From an uncultured Candidatus Rokubacteria bacterium (GTDB lineage: Bacteria > Methylomirabilota > Methylomirabilia > Rokubacteriales > CSP1-6): a stretch of DNA of 64,000 nucleotides. A program made the translations under genes and the position numbers. Shown here in pieces: positions 10,104-20,414 of the stretch. The notes under the pieces are model-generated. The model searched no databases, had not been told where the DNA came from, and saw only the letters and a list, made by a program, of their open reading frames with translations. Within the stretch, counting starts at the first letter, position 1, and the number at the start of each line of letters is the position of its first letter. The stretch lies in assembly GCA_963789955.1 (NCBI GenBank), contig CAWBMV010000034.1:32001-96000 (forward strand), written 5' to 3'.

Positions 10104-11102
10104 GTGAAGCTGCTGGTCACCGGCGGAAGCGGCTTCATCGGCTCCAACTTCATCCGGCACGTCCTCACGACGCACCCGGACGACCGCGTCGTCAATCTCG
10201 ACAAGCTGACCTACGCGGGGAATCCCGCCAACCTGGCCGATCTCGAGCACGACCCGCGCTACGCGTTTCTCCAGGGCGACGTCTGTGACGGCAAGATCGT
10301 GCGCGACGCCTGCCGCGGGGTCGACGCCGTCGTCAATTTCGCCGCGGAGTCCCACGTCGACCGCTCGCTGATGGAGCCCGACGCGTTCCTCAAGACCGAC
10401 GTGTTCGGCGTCTTCACCCTGCTCGAGGCGGTGCGCGAGCTCAAGATTCCGCGCTTCCTGCACGTCAGCACCGACGAGGTGTACGGCTCGGTCGAGCGCG
10501 GCTCCTCGCGCGAGAGCGATCCGGTGCGGCCGTCCAATCCGTACTCGGCCTCCAAGGCGGGCGGCGACCTGCTCGCGCTGGCCTACTGGCACACCCATCG
10601 CGTGCCCGTCGTGATCACGCGGTCGTCCAACAACTTCGGGCCCAACCAGTACCCGGAGAAGGTCATCCCGCTGTTCGTGACGAACGCGCTCGACGACCAG
10701 GCGCTGCCGCTCTACGGCGACGGACGGAACGTGCGCGACTGGCTCTACGTCCTGGACAATTGCGCGGGCATCGACCTGGTGCTGCGCCGCGGCGCCGACG
10801 GCGAGGTCTACAACATCGGTGGCGGCCACGAGGTCGAGAACATCGTCCTCACGCGCCAGATCTTGCAGCTCACCGGCAAGCCCGAGACCTTGATCCAGCC
10901 CGTGAAGGATCGCCCGGGTCATGACCGGCGCTACTCGGTCGACTCGAAAAAAGTCCACCAGCTCGGCTGGACGCCGCGGCACCGGTTCGGCGACGCCCTG
11001 CGGGCGACCGTCGAGTGGTATCGTGAGCACGAATCCTGGTGGCGCCCGCTCAAGTCCGGCGAGTTTCGCGCGTACTACGAGCGACAGTACGGCCGCCGCT
11101 GA
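10104..11102 (+). CDS. rfbB: dTDP-glucose 4,6-dehydratase
   Basis: TGGSGFIG, DKLTYAG, AAESHVDRS, STDEVYG, YSASK, DRPGHDRRY. Confidence 0.95.
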   Translation: MKLLVTGGSGFIGSNFIRHVLTTHPDDRVVNLDKLTYAGNPANLADLEHDPRYAFLQGDVCDGKIVRDACRGVDAVVNFAAESHVDRSLMEPDAFLKTDVFGVFTLLEAVRELKIPRFLHVSTDEVYGSVERGSSRESDPVRPSNPYSASKAGGDLLALAYWHTHRVPVVITRSSNNFGPNQYPEKVIPLFVTNALDDQALPLYGDGRNVRDWLYVLDNCAGIDLVLRRGADGEVYNIGGGHEVENIVLTRQILQLTGKPETLIQPVKDRPGHDRRYSVDSKKVHQLGWTPRHRFGDALRATVEWYREHESWWRPLKSGEFRAYYERQYGRR

Positions 11103-11109
11103 TTGTGGT

Positions 11110-11160
11110 GTGCGCGCTGCAGGCCGTCGCGGGGCTGGGGCCCCGCCGGCCGAGGCGAGC
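11110..11160 (+). repeat. Palindromic intergenic repeat, copy 1
   Basis: gtgcgcgctgcaggccgtcgcggggctggggccccgccggccgaggcgagc; near-identical to 13654 and 63754. Confidence 0.85.
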
Positions 11161-11190
11161 CGGTAGATTGGTAATTACTGGAGACGTTTC

Positions 11191-12204
11191 ATGAGGCGAG
11201 TCCTGACCTTGGTCCTGGCGACTCTTCTGGTCGTTCCGTCCATCGCGCCCGGCGCGCCGACCTCGGCCCCGGATCGACGTCTCAACCCCGATGAGATCTC
11301 GGCGTTCCCCTCGTTCGTGCGGCGCGTCGAGCCGGCGATCGTCGGGCTCCGCGTGCGCAACGCCGAGAACGCCGCATCGTCGGCGCGGCTCGGCAGCCGC
11401 CGCTTCGGCAGCGCCGTGATCTTCGACGCCCGCGGCTACGCGCTCACGGTGAGCTATCTGCTCCTGGACTCGATCGAGCTCGAGGCGCGCGGCCGTGACG
11501 GGCGCGCCGTGCCGGCGCAGGTGGTCGGCGTCGATCTCGACACCGGGCTCGGCGTCGTCAAGCTCGAGGGGGACGGCCCGTGGCCGATCGCGACGCTCGG
11601 CGATTCGCGCGCGGTCGTCGCCGGCGCCCGAACGGGCACGGTCGGCGTCGACGAGGACAATGACCTCATCCAGGTGACGGGCGCTGTGAACGCGGTCAAA
11701 CGGTTCTCGGCCTACTGGGAATACATGCTCGACCGCGCGATCATCGTGGCGCCGGCGAGCCCGCAGTGGGGCGGCAGCGCCGTCGTCAACGACCGGGGCG
11801 AGCTGATCGGGATCGCGTCGCTCCGGCTCGGCGAGCCGCCGCACGTGAACCTCGCGATCCCCATCGAGAAGTTCGTGGCGGTGAAGGACGAGCTGATCGA
11901 GTCAGGTCGCATCGCGAGCCGGCCGCCGCGGCCGTGGCTGGGCCTCTACACCGTGGCCCTGCCCGCGGGCCTCTTCGTCAGCGAGCTCTCTCCCGTGGGC
12001 CCGGCGTCGCGCGCCGGGTTCCGGCAGGGCGACCGCATCTTGAAGATCAACGGCGTCGCGGTCGCCTCCCAGGAAGAGTTCTACGAGCAGCTCTGGTCCC
12101 GGCGCGCCGGCGACCTCATCGAGCTCAGCGTCCAGCGCGACAATCAGGTTCGGACCATCTCGGTGCCCTCGGTCGACCGGCACGGCCTCTTTCAGGTCCG
12201 TTAG
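11191..12204 (+). CDS. Secreted S1C trypsin-like/PDZ protein with degenerate catalytic motifs
   Basis: Signal peptide; GSAVIFD, LTVSYLL, D..TGLGVVK, WGGSAVVN..GELIGI, RPWLG, PDZ. Confidence 0.8.
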   Translation: MRRVLTLVLATLLVVPSIAPGAPTSAPDRRLNPDEISAFPSFVRRVEPAIVGLRVRNAENAASSARLGSRRFGSAVIFDARGYALTVSYLLLDSIELEARGRDGRAVPAQVVGVDLDTGLGVVKLEGDGPWPIATLGDSRAVVAGARTGTVGVDEDNDLIQVTGAVNAVKRFSAYWEYMLDRAIIVAPASPQWGGSAVVNDRGELIGIASLRLGEPPHVNLAIPIEKFVAVKDELIESGRIASRPPRPWLGLYTVALPAGLFVSELSPVGPASRAGFRQGDRILKINGVAVASQEEFYEQLWSRRAGDLIELSVQRDNQVRTISVPSVDRHGLFQVR

Positions 12205-12233
12205 CCCCGCTCCGTCGGGGTAGACTCTGTTCG

Positions 12234-13637
12234 ATGAAGGACGCCGAGGGACCCTATCAGGGGCGCGGTCTCATCGCCGACCCCATCCATCAGTACATCC
12301 TCTATACGCGTCCCGGCGGCATCCCCGGCGAGGCGACCGAGCAGGATCTGATCGACACCTCGTGGATGCAGCGGCTGCGTCGCGTGCCGCAGCTGCAATC
12401 GGCGCGCTGGGTATACCCGGCGGCCGAGCATAGCCGCTTCCAGCACTCCCTCGGCGCGATGCATCTGGCCGGGCGGCTGGCCCAGCAGCTCTATCCGTCG
12501 CTGCGCTCGGTGTTCCCCGACGCGCCGTCGGCGCCGCTGATCGAGGAGCTTCTGCGCACCGCGGGCCTGATCCACGACATCGGCCACGGCCCGTTCGGCC
12601 ACTTCTTCGACGACAACTTCCTGGTCGACTACGACCTGACCCACGAGCTGGTCGGCCAGCGCATCATCCGCGAGGAGCTCGCGGACTTGCTCCGCGGTCT
12701 GCGCCGGAGCCCGAGCGGCGCGTTCGACGCCGGCGAGGTCATCGACCCGGAGTGGATCTGCTACCTGATGGGGAAGAGCTACACGCAGCCGCTCACGTCG
12801 CACCCGAAGTGGCTCCCGCACCTGAAGCCGCTGCTCTCGGGCGTGTTCACCGCGGACAACATGGACTACGTGCTGCGTGACGCCTACATGTGCGGGGTCG
12901 CGATCGGGCCGATCGACATCGACCGCATCATCTATTACTCGTTCTTCTCGGAGAAGGGCCTCACGCTCGATCGCGCCGGCCTGCAGGCCTTCACGATGTT
13001 CCTGAACGCCCGCTTCTACATGTACACGAACGTCTACTACCACCGCACCACGCGCGGGATCGACCTGCACCTCAAGGAGATCTTCCGCGACACGATGCGG
13101 ATCGCGTTCCCGTACGACCTCCGTAAAGAGCTTCAGCCGTATCTGCATCTCACCGAGTGGACCTTGCTGGAGGACGTCGGACGGTGGCACGACGACGGCG
13201 ATCCGGACAAGCGGCGCCTCGGCGCCGAATGGCGCTACATCCTCGACCGCAAGCTCAAGTGGCGGATGTCGAGCGAAGAGGTGCTCGATCAGTTCGAGGC
13301 GCGCAAGGGCCAGGGATTCCTCGACGTCGACACCGTGAAGAAGCGCGTGCGCACCTTCCTGCCCTCGGCGCTGCGCGATCTGCCGTTCGAGATCGACATG
13401 GCGCTGCAGGATCCACGGCCGCTGAATCCGCTCAAGATGGGCGACCGCCAGATCTACGTGTACGACTCCTCGAAGCGTGTCTCGGAGGAGCCGCTGACCG
13501 AGATCTTGAAATACTTGCCGGGCAAGGTCGCGCAGTGCCGCATCTTCGCGATGTCCCACGAGCACGACCTCGAGCTGGCGCGGGCGCTGCGGCGCGCGCT
13601 GAGCGAGGAACCGCCCTCCATTTCCACGAACGTCTGA
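12234..13637 (+). CDS. HD-domain phosphohydrolase (SAMHD1/COG1078-like)
   Basis: DPIH, QRLR..QL, HSRFQHSLG, LIHDIGHGPFGH, ADNMDY..RD, VYYHRT. Confidence 0.85.
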   Translation: MKDAEGPYQGRGLIADPIHQYILYTRPGGIPGEATEQDLIDTSWMQRLRRVPQLQSARWVYPAAEHSRFQHSLGAMHLAGRLAQQLYPSLRSVFPDAPSAPLIEELLRTAGLIHDIGHGPFGHFFDDNFLVDYDLTHELVGQRIIREELADLLRGLRRSPSGAFDAGEVIDPEWICYLMGKSYTQPLTSHPKWLPHLKPLLSGVFTADNMDYVLRDAYMCGVAIGPIDIDRIIYYSFFSEKGLTLDRAGLQAFTMFLNARFYMYTNVYYHRTTRGIDLHLKEIFRDTMRIAFPYDLRKELQPYLHLTEWTLLEDVGRWHDDGDPDKRRLGAEWRYILDRKLKWRMSSEEVLDQFEARKGQGFLDVDTVKKRVRTFLPSALRDLPFEIDMALQDPRPLNPLKMGDRQIYVYDSSKRVSEEPLTEILKYLPGKVAQCRIFAMSHEHDLELARALRRALSEEPPSISTNV

Positions 13638-13653
13638 CGTATGATCGGACGCG

Positions 13654-13703
13654 GTGCGCGCCGCAGGCCGTCGCAGGGCTGGGCCCCGCCGGCCGGGGCG
13701 CGC
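13654..13703 (+). repeat. Palindromic intergenic repeat, copy 2
   Basis: gtgcgcgccgcaggccgtcgcagggctgggccccgccggccggggcgcgc. Confidence 0.85.
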
Positions 13704-13818
13704 CTCTAAACGGATGAGCGTGACGGTCCATCACCCGCGCCGGACCGGACGACGCGGCATCGCCGTCGAGACCGGGCTACCCCCGGCGTGACCGACCGCC
13801 TGTACTGGCCGAGCTGGG

Positions 13819-14295
13819 TTGTTTGCGGCCTTCCTGACCGGGATCGTCGGCGGCTTCATGCTCGGCCACGCGCTCATCACGGCGCGGTTCCTGGACTGGC
13901 TGCTGCTCTCGGGCGCGCCGGCGCTGAGCCAGGCGTATCCGACCTTTCGCGGGTCAGCCGGGCGGTCGGGGCTCACGGCCTACTACGCGGTGGCCGGGCT
14001 CCAGGTGATCGGGACCAGCGCGTTCCTGCTCGTGTCGCTGGTGGCCCGACGTCATCGGAGCGCGGCGCTGGTGGCGGGTGTCGCGGGAGCGCTCTGGATC
14101 GCGGTCCACTATGCGTCGGGATTCGGGGCGCTCGAGGGGCGCGTGCTCCAGAGCACGGCGCCGGTGGCCCCGGACGTGGCCCGTCGATTCGTCGACTGGA
14201 ACGTGCCGATTCACTGCGCGCACGCAGTAACCTTGGCGGTGGCGCTGGGCGCGCTGCTCTCGGTGCCCCTGGCGCCGCTGCGGCGGAGAGGCTGA
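13819..14295 (+). CDS. Hypothetical membrane protein (about 4 TM segments)
   Basis: Four hydrophobic segments; true start probably further upstream (near 13714) behind an indel. Confidence 0.5.
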   Translation: MFAAFLTGIVGGFMLGHALITARFLDWLLLSGAPALSQAYPTFRGSAGRSGLTAYYAVAGLQVIGTSAFLLVSLVARRHRSAALVAGVAGALWIAVHYASGFGALEGRVLQSTAPVAPDVARRFVDWNVPIHCAHAVTLAVALGALLSVPLAPLRRRG

Positions 14296-14329
14296 GGGAA
14301 GCGGTCGAGGGAGGAGAGGGAGAAGCGGG

Positions 14330-15503
14330 ATGGAGAAGTTTCGGGGCGTCGACTACTACGCGATCGAAGGCTTGCTGTCGGAAGAAGAGCGGATGATCCG
14401 CGACGCGGTCCGCGACTGGGTCGAGGCCGAGTTCCTGCCGCTCGATCACGGACCATCATCGCGCCGGCACGTTTCCGGTCGAGCTCATCCCGAAGCTCGG
14501 CGAGCTCGGCGTCTTCGGCGCCACGCTCAAGGGCTACGGCTGCGCCGGGCTCAACAACGTCGCCTACGGCCTGATCATGCAGGAGCTCGAGCGCGGCGAC
14601 TCCGGCCTGCGCTCGGCGGCGTCGGTGCAGAGCGGGCTCGTGATGTACCCGATCTACACCTATGGCTCCGAGGCGCAAAAGGACACGTGGCTGCCCGCGA
14701 TGGCCCGTGGCGAGAAGGTCGGCTGCTTCGGGCTCACCGAGCCCGACCACGGCTCCGACCCGGGCGGCATGAAGACGCGCGCGAAGCGCCAGGGCGACAG
14801 CTACGTCCTGAACGGCACGAAGCTCTGGATCACCAACGGCTCGATCGCCGACGTCGCGGTGGTGTGGGCGAAGGAGGACGACGGCGAGATCTACGGCTAT
14901 CTGGTCGAGCGCGGGACGCCGGGATTCGGGACGCTCGACATCCACGGCAAGTTCTCGATGCGCGCCTCGATCACGTCCGAGCTCTCGTTCCAGGACTGTC
15001 GCATCCCGCTCGCCAACAAGCTCCCGAACGTGAAGGGGCTGCGCGGGCCGCTCGGCTGTCTCAACCAGGCGCGCTACGGCATCGCGTGGGGCGCCGTCGG
15101 CGCGGCGATGGGCTGCTACGACTGGGCGCTCCAGTACTCGCAGCAACGCATCCAGTTCGGCAAGCCGATCGGGACCTTCCAGCTCGTGCAGCAGAAGCTC
15201 GTCACGATGATCACGGAGATCACCAAGGCGCAGCTCCTGTGTCTGCAGCTCGGCCGGCTGAAGGACGCGGGCCAGGCTCGCCCGCAGCAGGTCTCGATGG
15301 CCAAGATGAACAACGTGCAGATCGCGCTCGACACGGCGCGGCTCGCGCGCGACATCCTGGGCGCGGCCGGCATCGTCGACGAGCATCCGGTGATCCGGCA
15401 CATGATGAATCTGGAGACCGTCAACACGTACGAAGGGACGCACGACATCCACACCCTCATCATCGGCCGTGACATCACGGGCCTCGATGCGTTCGGGATG
15501 TGA
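14330..15503 (+). CDS. Acyl-CoA dehydrogenase, glutaryl-CoA dehydrogenase-like (frameshift near 14440)
   Basis: LLSEEERMIRD in one frame; ELERGDSG.RS..SVQ, FGLTEPDHGSDP, QFGKPI, NLETVNTYEGTHDIH in another. Confidence 0.85.
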
Positions 15504-15561
15504 GCATGCGCGCCAGACGGGATCGACGAGCCGCGGCCTGTAACACGTACAGGGGGATCTC

Positions 15562-16377
15562 ATGCGGGTGCTGATTGCGGACGACGACGCGGATGTCCGA
15601 GAGGTGCTCGTCGAGTCCTTTCGGGACGCCGGCTTCGACGTCCTCCAGGCGGCGAACGGGCTCGAGGCTCTGCTCTGCGTCAAGCGCGACCGGCCGGACG
15701 CCGTCGTGCTCGACCTGATGATGCCGCGGCTCGGCGGGGTCGAGGCCCTCAAGCGGATTCACGCGTTCAATCCGGGCATCCGGGCGCTCGTGGTCACCGG
15801 GGCCATCGACAGCGAGCTCCATCGTCAGGCCACCCTGGCCGGCGCCGCCGGCGTCTTCGCGAAGCCGGTGTCGGCGGCGACCCTGGTCGCCGCGCTCGCC
15901 GGCCCCTCGCGGGCGCCCGCTCCGCAGCCGGCGGCGCCCTCGCCGCCGGCTCCCGCGGCGACGGGCGGCGCGCGGCCGACCGGTCGCGTCCTCGTGGTGG
16001 ACGACAACCCCGAGGTCCGGGCGATGCTCGAGGACGTGCTGACCTCGCTCGGGTACGCGACGCGCTCCGCGGCCGACGGCGCCACCGCGGTGCGCTCGGT
16101 GCTCACCGAGGCGCCCGACATCGTGCTGCTCGACGTCTACATGCCCGGGCTCAGCGGCGTCGGCGCGCTGCCGACGATCGTCGCGCTCGCGCCCAACGCG
16201 AAGGTCATCATGATCAGCGGCGCGGCGAACGAAGACGTGCTGAAGCGCTCGCTCGCCTTCGGCGCGCACGACTACGTCACCAAACCGTTCGAGATCTCGA
16301 GCCTCTCCCGAGCGCTCGAGACGGCTCTCGCGATGCGTCGTCTCGAGACCGGCCCCGAGACCACGAGCGGCGGCTAG
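15562..16377 (+). CDS. Response regulator with two tandem receiver domains
   Basis: VLIADDD..VVLDLMMP..KP, Pro/Ala linker, VLVVDDN..LLDVYMP..KPF. Confidence 0.85.
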   Translation: MRVLIADDDADVREVLVESFRDAGFDVLQAANGLEALLCVKRDRPDAVVLDLMMPRLGGVEALKRIHAFNPGIRALVVTGAIDSELHRQATLAGAAGVFAKPVSAATLVAALAGPSRAPAPQPAAPSPPAPAATGGARPTGRVLVVDDNPEVRAMLEDVLTSLGYATRSAADGATAVRSVLTEAPDIVLLDVYMPGLSGVGALPTIVALAPNAKVIMISGAANEDVLKRSLAFGAHDYVTKPFEISSLSRALETALAMRRLETGPETTSGG

Positions 16378-16430
16378 CTCGGCGCGTGGTGGTCGGCGGG
16401 CATCGGGGAGTGGTGTAACATTGGAAGGCC

Positions 16431-17660
16431 ATGGCTGATTCCGAGCCCGCCGTCTACAGCGCGCCCGTCTCGTCGGGCCTTCTCGCGTCGGCGGCGCAGG
16501 TCGTTCGACCGAACACGAAGCTGATCGCGCTCCTGTCGATCGGCCACTTCGTCGTCGATCTGAACCAGGGCTCGCTCCCGGCCTTGTTGCCGTTCTTGAA
16601 GTCGGCCCATCAGCTCTCGTACGCGGCGGTGGCGACGATCGTGCTCGCCGGGAACGTGGCCTCGTCGATCGTGCAGCCGCTGTTCGGCTACTTCGCCGAT
16701 CAGACGGCGCGCCGCTGGATGCTGCCGGCCTCGGTGCTGCTGACCGGTGTGGGCTTCGCGCTGCTCGGGATGGCGCCGAGCTATGCCGCGCTGCTCGCCC
16801 TGGTGGTGGCCATGGGCCTCGGCGTCGCCGCCTATCATCCCGAAGCCTACAAAACGGCGACCAGCGTGGCGGGCGAGCGGAAGGCCACCGCGCTCTCCTG
16901 GTTCTCACTCGGCGGCAACGTCGGCATCGCGCTCGGGCCGCCGGTCATCACGGCGCTGGTGACCGTCGTCGGCCTGACCGGGAGCCTCGGTCTGCTCGTG
17001 CCGACCCTCATCGCGTCGCTGCTGCTGCTCACGGTGCTGCCCGCGTTCTCGCAGAGCGCCGCGCCCCGGGCGGCCGCCGCGGCCGCGGCCCGCGGCGTCA
17101 ACATGCCGCGCGCCATGGCGCTGCTGATCCTGGTCGTCACGATTCGCTCGTGGACGACGCTCGGCTTCACGACGTTCGTGCCGTTCTACTACATCGACAC
17201 ACTCGGAGCCGATCCGCGACTCGTCGGGCCGCTGCTCTTCGTCTTTCTGGGCGCGGGCGCGGTCGGGACCGTCATCGCGGGGCCGTTCGCCGACCGCTGG
17301 GGCCCGCGCGCCTTCATGCAATGGGTGCTGCTCGCCGCGCTGCCGTTCGGCGCGCTCTTCTTGCTGACGCGCGGCGTGCTCGCGTTCGTCATGCTCGGCA
17401 TCTTCGGCGCGCTCCTGACCTCGAGCTTCACGGTATCCGTGGTCCTGGGCCAGGCGTACCTGCCGCGCAACGCGGGCATGGCCTCGGGCCTGATCGTCGG
17501 GTTCGCGATCGGCGCGGGCGGGCTCGGCGTGACCGCGCTCGGCTGGGTCGCCGACCGCTACGGGTTGCCGGCGGCGCTCTGGATCAGCGCCCTGACGCCG
17601 TTGCTGGCGGTCGCGGCGACGCGGCTCCTGCCGGCTCCGAGAGTCCAAGAAGCCCGGTGA
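16431..17660 (+). CDS. MFS transporter, Fsr (fosmidomycin resistance)-like
   Basis: GHFVVDLNQG.LP, QPLFG..AD, YHPEA, GGNVGIALGP; about 12 TM. Confidence 0.85.
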   Translation: MADSEPAVYSAPVSSGLLASAAQVVRPNTKLIALLSIGHFVVDLNQGSLPALLPFLKSAHQLSYAAVATIVLAGNVASSIVQPLFGYFADQTARRWMLPASVLLTGVGFALLGMAPSYAALLALVVAMGLGVAAYHPEAYKTATSVAGERKATALSWFSLGGNVGIALGPPVITALVTVVGLTGSLGLLVPTLIASLLLLTVLPAFSQSAAPRAAAAAAARGVNMPRAMALLILVVTIRSWTTLGFTTFVPFYYIDTLGADPRLVGPLLFVFLGAGAVGTVIAGPFADRWGPRAFMQWVLLAALPFGALFLLTRGVLAFVMLGIFGALLTSSFTVSVVLGQAYLPRNAGMASGLIVGFAIGAGGLGVTALGWVADRYGLPAALWISALTPLLAVAATRLLPAPRVQEAR

Positions 17661-18505
17661 ACGACGGCCTTCCGTTCCAGGACGGCGAGCAAGTCTTGCT
17701 CACCGATCAGCGTGGCAAGCGACACCTGATCTTTCTGCGCAAGTCGGAGACCTTTCACTCCGACCGCGGGTGGGTGCCGCACGACGCGATCATCGGCCAG
17801 CCCGAGGGCAGCTGGGTGCGCAGCTCGATGGGGTTGCGCTATCTCGCGCTGCGCCCGACGCTCGCCGAGTACGTCCTGGAGATGCCGCGCGGCGCCCAGG
17901 TCATCTATCCCAAGGACCTGGCGATGATCCTGTTCTGGGCCGACGTCTACCCGGGCTGCCGCGTGCTCGAGGCCGGCACCGGCTCGGGTGCCCTGACGTT
18001 GGCGCTCCTGCGCGCCGTCGGCCCTGAAGGCCGCGTCATCACCTACGAGCAGCGCGACGAGTTCGCGCGCCGGGCGCTGGCCAACATCCACATGCGGCTC
18101 GGCGAGGTCGCGAACCTGATGGTCCGCCTCCGGCCCGTCGAGGACGGGCTCGCCGAGGAGGATCCGGTCGACCGGATCGTGCTCGATCTGCCCGAGCCGT
18201 GGAAGCTGACCGCGCTCATGGCGAAGACGCTCCGGCCCGGCGGGATCTTCCTCTGTTACGTGCCGACGATCGTGCAGTCGCAGCAGATCGCCGAGACCCT
18301 GCAACGCGAGCGGAACTGGGCGCTCGTCGAGACGTTCGAGACGCTGTACCGGCCGTGGAACATCGAGGGCCAGTCGGTCCGGCCGTTCCATCGCATGGTC
18401 GCCCACACCGGATTCATCACCGTCGCGCGACGGGTCGTTCCCGAGGAGCCCGGCGCGCCCGACGCGCGACTCAGCCGTCACCAGCCGGACGTCGGAGACC
18501 GCTGA
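17657..18505 (+). CDS. trmI: tRNA (adenine-N1)-methyltransferase, TrmI/Gcd14 family
   Basis: MPRGAQVIYPKD, LEAGTGSGALT, LDLPEPW, HRMVAHTGF; GTG overlaps the upstream stop. Confidence 0.9.
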   Translation: MNDGLPFQDGEQVLLTDQRGKRHLIFLRKSETFHSDRGWVPHDAIIGQPEGSWVRSSMGLRYLALRPTLAEYVLEMPRGAQVIYPKDLAMILFWADVYPGCRVLEAGTGSGALTLALLRAVGPEGRVITYEQRDEFARRALANIHMRLGEVANLMVRLRPVEDGLAEEDPVDRIVLDLPEPWKLTALMAKTLRPGGIFLCYVPTIVQSQQIAETLQRERNWALVETFETLYRPWNIEGQSVRPFHRMVAHTGFITVARRVVPEEPGAPDARLSRHQPDVGDR

Positions 18506-20406
18506 TGATCACGCTGATGCGGCGCTTCCGCAAATCGCTCCAGATCGGCCTGCTCGTGATCATCGCGGCGTTCGTCGCCTCGCTGTTCGTGTTCGGCGCG
18601 ACCGGGTCCCGCTCCGGCGGCGGGGGCGAGCCGCGCGATTCGGTGGCGACGGTCAATGGCGAGACGATTCCCATCGAGCGGTTCCAGCGGCGCTATCAGT
18701 CGTACCTCGAGGCGTACGCGCAGATGTATCGCGACCGCTTCTCGACGGAGCTGGCCGAGCGAATGGGCCTGCCGCAGCAGGTCCTCGGCGATCTCGTGCA
18801 GGAGGCGCTGATCGTCCAGCGGGCGAACGCCGAGGGGCTCTCGGTCAGCGACGAGGAGCTGAACGCGCGGATCAACGCGATCCCCCTGTTCCAGGAAAAC
18901 GGCCGCTTCGCGATCAAGCGATACCAGGAGGTCCTCAAGCGGCGCGGGTACACCGCCGCCGCGTTCGAGGCCGAGATCCGACGCGAGCTGACACGCGCCA
19001 AGGTCGAAGCGGCGATCCGGAGCGGCGTCAAGGTCTCGGAGACCGAGCTCGAAGAGGCGTTCCGCCTGCGGCGCGAGGAAGTGCGCGCGTCGTGGGCGCT
19101 CGTGGAGCTCGCGCCGCTGCTCGCCGGCGCCAACGCCACCGACGAGGAGCTCACGGCCTATCTCACGCAGCATCCCGACGAGTTCCGGCAGCCCGACCGC
19201 CGTCGCGTGCAGTACGTGACCTTGAACCCGAAGGACTTCGCGGGCACGGTGACCGACGCCGACGTCGAGAAGTTCTACACCGAGCACGCCAGCGAGTTCG
19301 AGACGCCGCGCCAAGTGCGCGCGGCCCACGTGCTCGTTCGCGTGCCGGAGACCGGCGGCAGCGCGGGGGAGGACAAGGCGCGCGCGAAGGTCGCCGACGT
19401 CATCCGCCGCGCAAAGGCCGGAGCGGACTTCGGCAAGCTCGCGCAGGAAGTCTCCGAGGATACGGCGACGGCGCCGCGCGGCGGCGATCTGGGGCTGGTG
19501 GGCAAAGGTGAGATCGTGCCGGAGTTCGAGAAGGCGCTCTTCGCGCTGAAGAAGGGCGAGGTGTCGCCCGAGCCGGTTCGCACCCCGTTCGGCTTCCACG
19601 CGATCAAGGTGCTCGAGATCCAGGAAGGCGGCCGCAAGCCCGTGAAAGAAGTCGCGGCGCAGATCCGGAGCCGGCTCGCGGCCGAGGCCGGCGATCGCGC
19701 GATCAAGGCGAAGGCGGAGGAGATCCGGCCGCCGCTCCAGGCCGCGCAGGACTTCAAGACCGAAGCGCGCAAGCTCGGGCTCCAGCCGATCGAGACGACG
19801 ATGGCCAAGATCGACCGGACGACCGGGCTCGCCGGGCCCGATCCGCTCGAGGAGGCGGCGTTCTCGCTCGCGGTGGGCGGGGTGTCCGCGCCGGTGCAGA
19901 CACCGGTCGGGCTCGTCTTACTGAAGACGACCGCCGTCATTCCCGCCGGGGTGCCGCCGCTCACCGAGATCAGGGACAAGGTCGCCGCCGCGGTGCGACG
20001 CCAGAAGGCGGAGATGGTCGCCCTCGAGCGGGCGAAGCAGCTCGCCGCCGACGCCCAGGCCGGCGATTTTGCCGCCGCCGCCAAGAAGGCCGGGGCGGTC
20101 ACCGGAGAGACCGCGCGCTTCTCGCGCGCGAAGCCGGCCGAGAAGCTACCGGGAGATGCGATGCTGTCCGCGCTGCAGACGCCGGCCGGCCAGCTGAGCG
20201 CGCCGATCAAGGCGCAGCAGGGGTACTACGTGGTGAAGGTCCTGGAGCGGGTGCCGCCCGACATGGGCGGACTCGCAGCGGAGCGCGAAAAGATCCAGAA
20301 GGAGGTCCTCGTGCAGAAGCAGAGCCTCGCGTGGGAGTCCTGGATCAACGGTGCGCGCGCGAACTCGAAGATCGAGACCCACTTGCCCGCCTCGCGGCGC
20401 GGCTGA
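18505..20406 (+). CDS. ppiD: PpiD/SurA-family peptidyl-prolyl isomerase
   Basis: N-terminal anchor, VATVNGE.I, parvulin domain (AAHVLV, SED..T..RGGDLG, PEFEKA, TPFGFH). Confidence 0.85.
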   Translation: MITLMRRFRKSLQIGLLVIIAAFVASLFVFGATGSRSGGGGEPRDSVATVNGETIPIERFQRRYQSYLEAYAQMYRDRFSTELAERMGLPQQVLGDLVQEALIVQRANAEGLSVSDEELNARINAIPLFQENGRFAIKRYQEVLKRRGYTAAAFEAEIRRELTRAKVEAAIRSGVKVSETELEEAFRLRREEVRASWALVELAPLLAGANATDEELTAYLTQHPDEFRQPDRRRVQYVTLNPKDFAGTVTDADVEKFYTEHASEFETPRQVRAAHVLVRVPETGGSAGEDKARAKVADVIRRAKAGADFGKLAQEVSEDTATAPRGGDLGLVGKGEIVPEFEKALFALKKGEVSPEPVRTPFGFHAIKVLEIQEGGRKPVKEVAAQIRSRLAAEAGDRAIKAKAEEIRPPLQAAQDFKTEARKLGLQPIETTMAKIDRTTGLAGPDPLEEAAFSLAVGGVSAPVQTPVGLVLLKTTAVIPAGVPPLTEIRDKVAAAVRRQKAEMVALERAKQLAADAQAGDFAAAAKKAGAVTGETARFSRAKPAEKLPGDAMLSALQTPAGQLSAPIKAQQGYYVVKVLERVPPDMGGLAAEREKIQKEVLVQKQSLAWESWINGARANSKIETHLPASRRG

Positions 20407-20414
20407 GCCCATCC

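Noticed and set aside
11110..13703. Palindromic repeats as a CRISPR array or intrinsic terminators
   Set aside because: Copies are kilobases apart with no spacers or cas genes, and there are no long U-tracts.
14430..14460. Programmed frameshifting in split genes
   Set aside because: No slippery sites or consistent signals; the pattern fits random indel errors.
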